Source of the DNA: a virus
Taxonomy: Duplodnaviria; Caudoviricetes
Reading direction: 5' to 3' (one strand)
DNA length: 64,000 bases
Virus record (IMG/VR): IMGVR_UViG_2548876794_000003
Location: 64,001 to 128,000 of that record
The notes below the pieces were generated by a model that was not told the DNA's origin, ran no database searches, and saw only the letters and a program-made list of their open reading frames with translations. The position numbers and the translations under genes are program-made. This document shows, in pieces, positions 29,464 through 39,800 of the stretch. How positions within the stretch are numbered: the first letter of the stretch is position 1; each line of letters starts with the position of its first letter.

Positions 29464-30255
29464 ATGCGAGTAGAGGGGCAAGTTACAACAGAAGCGGAGA
29501 CTCTTCCTGTACCAGAAGTTGATTTAACAGAGCTGTTTATCAATCTGTCAGAAGAACACCGCAATGTATTCATCACAACAATTGGTCAACAGCTATTCAT
29601 CTATCGTTCGCTTGGGCGCAAAGAATATAGCGACATCTTAGAGAACCCAGACCTAACTGATTTTTCAAGAGAAGAAGTTATCTGCGATGTTTGCACATTA
29701 TACCCACGCAACTTTAATTTCAAAAAATGTTCAGCTGGCACACCAACTATCCTGCGCAAGAAAATCTTAAAAGATTCTTTACTGGATAGTTTAGAAGCCC
29801 GTCGAAACATTCTTATCTACTATCGCTCTGAAATGTACACTCTCGAAAATCAAATTACGTGCATTATCAATGAAGCATTTCCGAACCTTGATATTGAAGA
29901 AATCGAAGCGTGGGACATTGAAAAAACGACGAAATACTTAACGCGCGCTGAATGGAAACTTCAAAATTTACGTGGTGTTCCATTTGCTGATTACTTGGAC
30001 ATGTTAGTAGATGAAGACGCGGTGTCAGATGAAGCTGGAACAGATGCAATGCCAGAGAATTCTACAACAGTATCTAAGAAGAAATCAGAACCAGCTAAGA
30101 AAGGTGTCCCGTTGACAACAGAGCAGAAGCAAGAGTTGGCACGACTAAAAGCGAAGTACCCAGAAATTGATTGGGATAAAGAATCCGTTTTAACTGGGAA
30201 CATTCGAAAAGAAGGCGTGGACGACGTAGCACCAGCGCTACGCACACCTAAATAA
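29464..30255 (+). CDS. tail assembly chaperone-like protein B
   Basis: FIYRSLGRKEY...CTLYP...AGTP, similar to protein A. Confidence 0.55.
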   Translation: MRVEGQVTTEAETLPVPEVDLTELFINLSEEHRNVFITTIGQQLFIYRSLGRKEYSDILENPDLTDFSREEVICDVCTLYPRNFNFKKCSAGTPTILRKKILKDSLLDSLEARRNILIYYRSEMYTLENQITCIINEAFPNLDIEEIEAWDIEKTTKYLTRAEWKLQNLRGVPFADYLDMLVDEDAVSDEAGTDAMPENSTTVSKKKSEPAKKGVPLTTEQKQELARLKAKYPEIDWDKESVLTGNIRKEGVDDVAPALRTPK

Positions 30256-30282
30256 TAATTACATACGAAGGAGTGATATTGT

Positions 30283-33200
30283 ATGGAGGATAAACTGCGT
30301 GAAGAAAAGCAGCAGTCCCCATTCGACCACATCGTCTCCTATGGGACAGCAGCTCTATCTTTAGGATTTGGAGCTGCTGTTTTTAATAAAGAAGGCGGAT
30401 TGAAAATGGTGGCGAATGCGAGTACCGTATTAAAGCGCGCAACTGGTGATCTGCAGGAACAATTTGCACAGGTAGACCGCAGTAATTTTACAACGAAAGA
30501 TTTGAAGAATCTCTACAATCGTGCCTTCCACGATCAAACAGGTGGATTTAAAGGCGCTAAAAAATATATAGACGAGGGACACAACGCCCCCTCACTGCGA
30601 GTCGATGGTTCTAGTGGCGTATTGAACTCTTTACGACAAGTCGAGAACAAACTGGCCACGTTCGAAAACGACGCAAAGAATGGCTTCATCGAGCGTACTG
30701 TACTTCGACCACTTGCAAATAAACATAATGACCGTTACAAATTCGAAGCCGTTGAAGATAAGAAACGTTTGGACCAACTAATCTACTTCATGAATAAAAA
30801 CATCTCGAACAAAATGGCTATCTACAAGAAAGCCGACTCGTTAAAAATTGCGAATAAGATGGGCGGCCGTAGCCAAATTGATTCTATTTATGAAGAATTA
30901 AAATCAATCAAAACTGCGAAGGAGAAAAGTTATACTGTCGATAAAGAATTCGACCAAAAAATCCTGAGTGACCTTCGCGAAAAAGCCTACGACATTAATG
31001 CACTAGAACGTACGCATGGCACGATACGAAAGCCAGACAAGATGCTGTCACCAGAGCAAATGGTTACAGTTAAAGACGTCTTAGATAATCCAGAGCTCTA
31101 TCGTGAATCTATGTTGAGTAGGCGAGTGAAAGGCAGTAAAGAACCGCAAGTCATGCCAGCCATTCAATACCTGCAGGAAAAAATGCAAGATTTTACGAAT
31201 AGGGGAGAAGGAGAGCGTTTCGGACAATTGCTTATGGACCGCAGTGTTTTACGTCGTGATATAAAGACTAACGAGGTATATTCTCTGAAAGACTTCCACG
31301 ACTTGGTTGCAAACCCGATTGATGAATTTGGTACAACAATGATTGGTAAAATTTTAAAAGTATTCGATGTTAAGAAGCGATTCGAGCAACCATCATTCTT
31401 ACGGATAAATCCAGGCCCACAAACAATGGACGCCCTACTCGCTTCGAGCGAAGGAAGTAAAACCGCATCTATTAATAATACATATTTCCGTTTGTACGAC
31501 AGAACATATCGTCAAACAAATGATGGTTTAGAAGAAGTTGAAGCACTGAGAGATTCCTACTTGGTTTCTAAAAACGGTACTGTACGTTCATTGTATGGTG
31601 ATATGATTGGCGATCGTGGCCATCGTACGACAGATAGCAAGTGGCGAAACGCATTAGATATTGGCAAGACTTCGGGTATTACGTTCTTCGATATGATTGG
31701 CAACATCTCTGAATATGGTGGTTCAAATACAAACCCACGCGTTGCTATTGAATCTTTAGTGAAGAACGGACTCGATAATTTAAGCGAGCTTGCCACAGCA
31801 AAACAAACATACAAAGATGCTGCTGAAAGGTTAAAAGTCGTGAACGCTTCGACAACTGTGACTGACGAAGAGAAGGCAGCTTTATACGCAATGCGTGATG
31901 CAGGATTTGAAACGATTGATAAGTATGTAGAGCAATCACGTACTGTTTACCGATTTTATGATAAGAATGCACAGGCATCTAATAACGACACAATTAGACG
32001 TTTATTGAACACAGGAGGATTCGACAAGTCCGCAGAAGATATGCTCAAGATGCTTAACCAAGATGATGAATCGTTGTTACAGAACATCGTTACAGGTTAC
32101 AACGATTTTAATAAAGACAACTCTGCATTTTTAAATAAGAACGTATTATCGACGATGCGACGTTATGTTGAAAATCCAAAGACTGCCCTTGACCATGTAT
32201 CAATCAAGAACGACTCACAAATGACCGGTAAATTATTTGGTACGGAAAATCGTTCAAGTAACTTCATTGACGAACTTCGTTTAGAGATTGAAAAAGAAGC
32301 CTATATGCGACAGGCTCGTCATGTACGCACAGACGATGGGCAAGTAAACATTCGTGGACTAAGCGACTTAATTGGCGGTTCTGGTGCGCAATATGATCAA
32401 GTAAGGAACGCACAAAATGTAGCTGACTTCGCTACGTTCCAATCTTTAACAGGTGTTTATAAGGATGCCACTGACAACAAGTCTGTACAAGAATCTGCCG
32501 ACATGGCAGAACAAGCTATCAAGCTATTCGCTCGTCGTGAAGGTGATGACCAACGGAATGATATATCCGAACGATTAGTAAACAATGTATTAAACAAGAC
32601 AAACAAATTTGAAACAAGCTATGACATCCATATGCAACAGGAGAATATCGTAGAAGGTTTTGGTAACGATGCGTGGATACACATGAATAAGGCAATTTCG
32701 CCAATGGACTTGCTTCGAAACTTGAACGATAAGGAATTTAGAAAGTCATTCGTTAAGCAGTTTGTAGCTGGCCGTAATGATATGGAGAATGTGACAACCG
32801 CTACGATGATGCCATATTTCTTCCTAAATCGCCTAAATGATCCGCTTGAAAAAATCGGAGTAGGTTTGTCATCTGAATATCGCGGAAGCTCTGTAGACTT
32901 AATGCGTGGCATTGTAATGAAAAGAGCACTACCTATTGCAATGGGTATTACTGGCTATAACTACATGAACGACTTTTCGCAAGCAACAACAGGCGTCGGC
33001 ATTACAGAGTCGTTCTTATCGAACGCTGCGAACATTGACTTGGGTATGCGCGGTGTCGCTGATATAACAGGTGTTAGCGATTGGTTAAAAGATGAACGTG
33101 CTTTAAACCCAATTGCTCAATACCTATTCGGTGAAGAGTATATGGATAAAGATGAACGTGCTGACTACTATCAAAATGGTTATAGCGCAATGCGTAAAGG

Positions 33201-36200
33201 CCGTTGGTGGTCGTTCGGTTCATTAAATGAATTTAGAGGTAGCAAGGTTCAATACTGGCAACCTAATTTGTTACGTCGAGTAACCAGCGACTATCACGAT
33301 GAATCCTTGTATGATGGATTTCTTGATAAATGGAGCCACAGCTGGATGCCAACACCAACCAACCCACTATCTCCATTAAATGCGTTGATGGATCCATATT
33401 GGTTGGAAAACAAACATTACGAAGATCGACCGTATATGGTGTCGGGAAAAATGTTCACCGAAGAAACACCATGGGGACCACTGTTAAATGCGACAGTTGG
33501 TAACGTATTGAAACCACAAATACAGATGCACCAAGAACGATTGAACAGCGATTATGTCGATGTACGTGCCATTATTGAACGACGAAACAGAGAAACGATG
33601 GAGCGAGCTAATGGTGAAAATCGCAACCTTGCTCGATTCAAAGATGGTGCGATTGAAGCGGTAAACTTCACATCATATGATGCACCCACTGAATCACAAC
33701 GCATTGTTCGTATAAATCAAAGCAATGGTCAATCTGATGTCACAGCGATGAACTACGGTGCATTCACTGGCGTTACAACAGGTGAAGCGTATATGCGTCA
33801 AAAAGCAATTAGTGAAGATGCTGCAGGTGGAGGAGCTACTGGCGAATTCTTAACAGGCGTAGCAGAAGGAACCAACCAAAGGCTAGGTAACTCTGCATTG
33901 ATGGACTACGGTAGCAAAGCTGGCGGTGTTATGGACCTAATGAGCTCGATTGGCAACGGTGGCGAAATCAGTGTCGGTACTGGTTTAAGCTTCGCAGATC
34001 GTGCGGAAATTGAAGGTGCTGGTGGCAATGTTGTCGCAAAACTATTTTCAACACTACGCCGCGAAAGTAATGAATCCATGAATATCGTCAGTGACTTGAA
34101 CTATAACACGCTAATGAATACTCGTTCCTATCGGCCTAGTAACTCACACGTACGAGAGGGTGGTGTTGTAACAACAGAATCACTTTACAAAGCGAGCGCT
34201 CGTTTCGGTGATGGTATTTTGGATAATAAAGAAGCAATATCCGATTTGAAAGGCTTATCTGGCGGGGATGACATGATTGGCGAGCTGGCTTACTCTGCTC
34301 GTTTCATTACAGGTATTTATGGTTACGGTTCATTCTTAGCTGCAGGGGGTAGCGCTAAGAACAAAGTATCTGACGCAAGTGACATGACCAGTCCTATTCG
34401 TAGCTTCTGGGATGCAAACCTTGGCGGTGTTGGTGGTAACTATCTTGAAATCTTCCGTCGTTTTATTCCATCAAATAACTTCTTAGAAAACAACTTTAAT
34501 CCATTGATGAATACTATGCCCGACTGGATGCCAGATAAATATCGTTTTGGCGATCCGTATACAGCGCTCCCTAAAGGTGAAATGCGTATGCCGGGTAAAG
34601 GGTATGAATCACTTAACGAGCTGCATTCTGATCAGTATGGACGTTATGGAGCATTTGACCGATACAAAATACTTTCGGATATTTCGCCCGGTTCAGAAGA
34701 GTACAAGATTTGGCGTGATATTGCGAAGGAAACGGTCTCTAGTCCCGAACTAAAAGAAGAGATGGACCGTATTAACGATCGTGTCAAAAAGCAAAACGAG
34801 AACTATGACTTCTTCGATTATCAATTTTTAGGAAAATCCACTCGTAAAGAGAAAGTGCAAATTTCCGAAGTAATCGACAACAACTTCTTCAAAGTAGCAG
34901 GGGATGACAAAACATACAGATTAGCTGGTGTGTCGGTCACAAATAAAAACAAAAAAGACGACGCATTATCTTTAACTGATGGCACACGCGCAATTGACCA
35001 ATTCCTTGCACCAGGTCAAGAAGTCGTGATTTCACGAGACAAAGATACATTCGACGGCACCGACCAACAAAGCGGCGCTGTTAGTGCGGCGCTATTCATT
35101 AACGGTAAATCTGTTGGTAAAGAATTAATGGATATGGGGTATGCTGAAAAACGTGGTGACACGTCCGCTGCAGCTGCAGACAGTGTTTATTCTGCCACAC
35201 AGATTGCGCGTGGTAAGGCGTATGAAGCAATCGCCCATCTACCTATCCCTGTTTTTCAACAAAAATTCATGAAAGTACGAAATCCATTAGAATCGTATAA
35301 ACAAGAATTGGTGTACGGTACAAACTATACAAGTTGGAATCGCCCAATCGACAGTATCTTACTACCTGCTTTTGAACGTTCATTAATGAGTGACGGCGAA
35401 GTACTAATAGGAATTGGCGCAGCCGTAGCGAATCATCTCACTTATAAAATGACAGATGATAAAGCAAGCCGAGCTGTTGCCAATGTTGCGATGGCACTAT
35501 CTAATCGTGGTGCATTCATTGGTGGATTCTTAGCTAAAGGATTGAGCATACCAAACTCGCAAATTCGTAAAGCAGCCTTTGTTGGTGCTGGTGCGCAAGT
35601 TGCTGGCTACCTTTACACTCGTCAAGACCAACCGCTTCAAGAAGGCGTAATGGGAGGACTATTAGGTATGGGTGTTGGTCACTTATTGAAAGATATAGGC
35701 ATAAGAAAAGGCGGAGCAATTGGTGCCGCTACAGGCTTCCTTTTCGGTGGTATGAGTTCATCTGCTTTGAGTGACGACGCTTATGGCTTTGGCAACAAAT
35801 ACATTCCAGAACGAACTCGTGAAACTTGGGATATGCGTGAGTACTATGACCGCTTAGAATATGTTAAATACTCTGGTCTATTTGAAAAGGCTGCGCGTAA
35901 AGCGAAGCATAAAGAGCATATGGATATTGGGAAACTCGTAAAAGATTACGAGAAGCAGCGTGAAGAAAACCGTAAAGTAAATGAGCAACTTGGAGAATAT
36001 CGTCAAATCATCATGCAAGCTTACGCTCCGGGAAGTCAGCGTCGTGACCAACTGTTGAATGAAATTGATGGCAAGATGAATGTATTGAAAGAATCAGAAT
36101 TCAACATTGCAGTAGGCGACTACGCGAAATCAGCATTGATTTATAAACAAGCGATGGACTCTACCATCTATGGTCTAAAAGACGATGCTACGTGGTCTCA

Positions 36201-36729
36201 AATTGTACGTGCTACACCGACCAATGAGCGTGATCATTTTATGGCCTTCATGAAAGAAGCTAATCCTAAAAAACGTAAAGAGATATTAAAATATGTCTCA
36301 CCTTACGAAGCTAAGGTCTTGAAAACCGCTTGGGGTATGGAGACTGAAAAACAAGAATCGAATAGCTCTTACTTTGAACATCACCGTATGCCAGGGGCAA
36401 CATGGAGTGGGTGGCGTCCAGACAAAGACTTATCGGACATTCAAGTAAAAACTATACATAATGAAGGCCGATTGCTTTCAGACTTCGGATTCTTTGAATC
36501 ACAGCTACGTGATCCAGACGTTATCCGAGCAGACCAAGCTTCGCCTAATCAACCCGGTAGCGGCTTCCTACAGACGAAAATGGCAATGATTGCGACATTA
36601 AAAGGATATGGGCTAACTAATGTAAACGTAAACGTTGAGCCTAAAAAGGAAAGTGGTATGGAAGTTATCGCAAATGTGGCGAATATTACACAATACAATA
36701 TCCATAACGCTTTAACAAATTTACTATAA
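30283..36729 (+). CDS. giant virion protein (tape-measure position) with SNase-like OB domain and Gly-rich hydrophobic segments
   Basis: 2148 aa after the chaperones; EVIDNN...YRLAGV...INGKSVGKELMDMGYA near 34850-35150. Confidence 0.6.
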   Translation: MEDKLREEKQQSPFDHIVSYGTAALSLGFGAAVFNKEGGLKMVANASTVLKRATGDLQEQFAQVDRSNFTTKDLKNLYNRAFHDQTGGFKGAKKYIDEGHNAPSLRVDGSSGVLNSLRQVENKLATFENDAKNGFIERTVLRPLANKHNDRYKFEAVEDKKRLDQLIYFMNKNISNKMAIYKKADSLKIANKMGGRSQIDSIYEELKSIKTAKEKSYTVDKEFDQKILSDLREKAYDINALERTHGTIRKPDKMLSPEQMVTVKDVLDNPELYRESMLSRRVKGSKEPQVMPAIQYLQEKMQDFTNRGEGERFGQLLMDRSVLRRDIKTNEVYSLKDFHDLVANPIDEFGTTMIGKILKVFDVKKRFEQPSFLRINPGPQTMDALLASSEGSKTASINNTYFRLYDRTYRQTNDGLEEVEALRDSYLVSKNGTVRSLYGDMIGDRGHRTTDSKWRNALDIGKTSGITFFDMIGNISEYGGSNTNPRVAIESLVKNGLDNLSELATAKQTYKDAAERLKVVNASTTVTDEEKAALYAMRDAGFETIDKYVEQSRTVYRFYDKNAQASNNDTIRRLLNTGGFDKSAEDMLKMLNQDDESLLQNIVTGYNDFNKDNSAFLNKNVLSTMRRYVENPKTALDHVSIKNDSQMTGKLFGTENRSSNFIDELRLEIEKEAYMRQARHVRTDDGQVNIRGLSDLIGGSGAQYDQVRNAQNVADFATFQSLTGVYKDATDNKSVQESADMAEQAIKLFARREGDDQRNDISERLVNNVLNKTNKFETSYDIHMQQENIVEGFGNDAWIHMNKAISPMDLLRNLNDKEFRKSFVKQFVAGRNDMENVTTATMMPYFFLNRLNDPLEKIGVGLSSEYRGSSVDLMRGIVMKRALPIAMGITGYNYMNDFSQATTGVGITESFLSNAANIDLGMRGVADITGVSDWLKDERALNPIAQYLFGEEYMDKDERADYYQNGYSAMRKGRWWSFGSLNEFRGSKVQYWQPNLLRRVTSDYHDESLYDGFLDKWSHSWMPTPTNPLSPLNALMDPYWLENKHYEDRPYMVSGKMFTEETPWGPLLNATVGNVLKPQIQMHQERLNSDYVDVRAIIERRNRETMERANGENRNLARFKDGAIEAVNFTSYDAPTESQRIVRINQSNGQSDVTAMNYGAFTGVTTGEAYMRQKAISEDAAGGGATGEFLTGVAEGTNQRLGNSALMDYGSKAGGVMDLMSSIGNGGEISVGTGLSFADRAEIEGAGGNVVAKLFSTLRRESNESMNIVSDLNYNTLMNTRSYRPSNSHVREGGVVTTESLYKASARFGDGILDNKEAISDLKGLSGGDDMIGELAYSARFITGIYGYGSFLAAGGSAKNKVSDASDMTSPIRSFWDANLGGVGGNYLEIFRRFIPSNNFLENNFNPLMNTMPDWMPDKYRFGDPYTALPKGEMRMPGKGYESLNELHSDQYGRYGAFDRYKILSDISPGSEEYKIWRDIAKETVSSPELKEEMDRINDRVKKQNENYDFFDYQFLGKSTRKEKVQISEVIDNNFFKVAGDDKTYRLAGVSVTNKNKKDDALSLTDGTRAIDQFLAPGQEVVISRDKDTFDGTDQQSGAVSAALFINGKSVGKELMDMGYAEKRGDTSAAAADSVYSATQIARGKAYEAIAHLPIPVFQQKFMKVRNPLESYKQELVYGTNYTSWNRPIDSILLPAFERSLMSDGEVLIGIGAAVANHLTYKMTDDKASRAVANVAMALSNRGAFIGGFLAKGLSIPNSQIRKAAFVGAGAQVAGYLYTRQDQPLQEGVMGGLLGMGVGHLLKDIGIRKGGAIGAATGFLFGGMSSSALSDDAYGFGNKYIPERTRETWDMREYYDRLEYVKYSGLFEKAARKAKHKEHMDIGKLVKDYEKQREENRKVNEQLGEYRQIIMQAYAPGSQRRDQLLNEIDGKMNVLKESEFNIAVGDYAKSALIYKQAMDSTIYGLKDDATWSQIVRATPTNERDHFMAFMKEANPKKRKEILKYVSPYEAKVLKTAWGMETEKQESNSSYFEHHRMPGATWSGWRPDKDLSDIQVKTIHNEGRLLSDFGFFESQLRDPDVIRADQASPNQPGSGFLQTKMAMIATLKGYGLTNVNVNVEPKKESGMEVIANVANITQYNIHNALTNLL

Positions 36730-36754
36730 GGGAGCTTCGGCTCTCTTTTATTTT
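36728..36754 (+). terminator. intrinsic terminator with cUUCGg loop
   Basis: AAGGGAGC-TTCG-GCTCTCTTTTATTTT. Confidence 0.8.
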
Positions 36755-36837
36755 AAGCGAAACTATTTCATTTTGTAGATAATAGGATAAAATACAGGAT
36801 GCATTTTAAGATGCACTATTTAAAAAGGAGGGTTTTG

Positions 36838-39800
36838 ATGGTACAAGAATCATTTTGGGAAAACAGTTCCATTAAACGATTTAATGGAAAGCGACAGAAA
36901 GCATTGATTCAAGCTCGTTCAGAGAAGTCCGCACAGGATGCACTCGGCAACACACAAGCTGGTTACAAGGCTTTAGTAAACGAACACATGAAAGCGACTA
37001 GCTTTATGTATGCCAACCAGATTAAGGATGTTGTGTTAGATAACAAGTCACCTTATAAATTCTTAATGAACACTGGTAAAACAGCATTAAAAGAAAATCC
37101 AGATGTGCTTAATTCATATGCAGATTTCTTCAATGCAGCAGCGTCCACTTTTACAGTAAAGGAGAAAAGCGGACAGAAGTTCATGGCTGAAAACGTAGAG
37201 GTCAACAAGATTTTTACGATTAATAACCAATCCCGAGGTACAGAGACAGTTTCACTTAAAGATGAAGAAGCGGCATGGAAACGTATGCAGAAAGGCGCTT
37301 ATACCGTATTTGACTTTGAAACGTTCGGTGGGCGCAATGCGTTCGGTGTGCAAACATTGGACCAACTTACAGAATATAGTTTCGAAACCTTTGACAATAT
37401 TAAAGCGAAGAAGTCGTCGAATCGTATCGAGGGCGTTGTTGGGATTACCGATGCGAAGAAAGATGAATTTATCAAAAAATTCATTGGTGGCTCACGAGAC
37501 ATACAGGACACACGTAATTTAAATGGTGGATTAATTGACTTCACTCGCTTCACTGAATTAGAGCAAATTCAATTGAATACTTTAGCTCGTATGGGTAGTA
37601 AAGAAACAACAATTTCAAATGTGGACGAACAATTCAAGGATGGTTTTAACGGGCGCTATCGCGTAACTAAAACAATCGCCAATGAAGATGTAGAAATTTC
37701 AAAAGAGAACGTACTGCGTGGGGTTGAACGTCTACATGATATTGGTACTGTACAGCGCGCAGGTTCAGTGAATGGCTTACAAGTTTGGGAGAAAGATTTA
37801 GCTGATGCGATGTCAATTGCAACGAAAGGCGACCATGTATTAACTGGTCACAACGTAGCGCAGGCCGACGTTCCTTGGTTTAACCAAACATTAACTCGTG
37901 GATCGAAGCCATTTAGGGACTATTACTTTAAAGAGTTGCAAGGCGAGTTGGTTAAAACAACTGGAGGAGCTGTATTTGATTTACTTCCACTTGCACGTAT
38001 GGCCGACTTGAATGGCGCACTCTCTCGTGAGATTGAATCAAATCCAAACGCTCAGAAGCGACTTGGCGAAATGGGTTCTACTGCATTGCAACAAGAAACA
38101 TTGGTTGCAACGACACTATCTAAAAACGTCATCGAAAATACGACGAACGCACCACATACAGCTGCAGAAGATACCCGCCTATTTAATGAGATTATTCGAG
38201 GGGGGCGCATCAATTCTTCTGATAAAGAAACTCTTGTCGAAAAAGCTTTCCGTATGGCTAAAATGAATATGACAAACGAAGCGATACCTTTGACAGCTGC
38301 TCCATCTGAACAGCAAGTGAAGGAATCTAATGGCACAACGAAAAATATTGTAATGAACGCACGAAAAGGTCTGTTCAATTATAAAGGTTTATCTGGTGTC
38401 ATTGGTTATAATGTGGACCAGATTGATGGACGTATCCGTACTTCTAATGGATATGAAATTTCTCCAGATGGCTCAGTTAAGAGTGGATTTGGTGATGCTA
38501 TCATCAAGAAAGATGTCAGCTACGTTGCACAAGGCTTACAGAAATTAACGACAGGCAATGACGATGGCATGCTAGACATCATGAAGCGTATGGGGAAAAC
38601 CGACGCACATATGGCAGAAGGTGAGCTTTACAAGCTGGTTCTTTCTCCAGTACGTGAGGGGAACATTGAACCTAGCGCTAGTACGGCATCTGAAAAAACG
38701 AACATGAAGATGAATATGCCTGTAGCTCTGCTAGGTTCCCGCGATGAAATTCAACGTTATCTAAATGGCAATATGATTGCCTTTGCTAATGCGACCGAAC
38801 AATTGGACGGCAGCGTCAAGTTAGATCCGATTGAAAGTGGAATGAAGGAACTGGCGAATTACAACACAGTTACACATAAAGTAGAAGAAACGACGCCTTT
38901 AGACGTCATTAAACGCGGTGAAAAGAAAGCATTGAATGATTCATTTAACCGTAGTATCACTGAAAGTGAACTGCCGAAGATTGAGCGATACATGAAGTTC
39001 AGCGACACTGTAAAAGAATTTGCGAAGGAAAAACATATCGACATTGGTTCAGCTCGTAATGCTGTGATGGATGGCGCTATGGAAATCGCTTATCAAGTTT
39101 CTCGTGGTCGAACAATTACGAAGGATATGCAAGATATGGTTGGGCTTGATGCCTACAATATTCTTTCCAATAACGGAAAGCATGCACTTGATTATCGTTC
39201 ACTCGACAAGGCTGCCGCTTCACTAGACTTTATCGAAAGCGCACGCGCACCATTAAATCAACTGATTCAAGGGATTAAAGGCAAAAAGTTAGGCTCCTCA
39301 AAAGAAGAGCAGTTCGTATTCAAACAAGTGATGCAAGGAATTACTGCAGAATTGAATGATAGCTTTGTGCAAGCGAATGATCCGAAATTCAAAGCAGCAA
39401 ACAAACCATACATAAGTGTCCCTTCATACGAAAAGAATGTCATTCAATTATCTCGCCCAAGCTCGATGCGCGAGAAGAATGGTCGTGTAATGGGGCTTGA
39501 TACGCAAGAGAAAATGCTGCGTATCAATTTAGATGACTCACCAGAAACAAAACTGATTAACGCTGTGACAAAAACACTTCGTCGTAAAAGCGACGGTGCA
39601 ATCAAGAGTAGATTACTTTCACTAGCGGAGGAAAATAACATCGCATTAGATGGCACAAGTGAAATGAATCGTTATCAAGTAGCTCAAACTATTGTTGATA
39701 AGATTCACACGCAGCGTAAAGTCGATCCGCTTCTATTCGCACAAAGCGGTGTGTCAGCGAACGACTTTTCTAAAGGATCAGTAATACTTAGCAGTGAAGC

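Noticed and set aside
29449-29466. Read-through or frameshift fusion of the two tail chaperones (same frame across a TAG)
   Set aside because: The second gene has its own SD and ATG and is a full paralog; same-frame adjacency has a one-in-three chance; no slippery site seen
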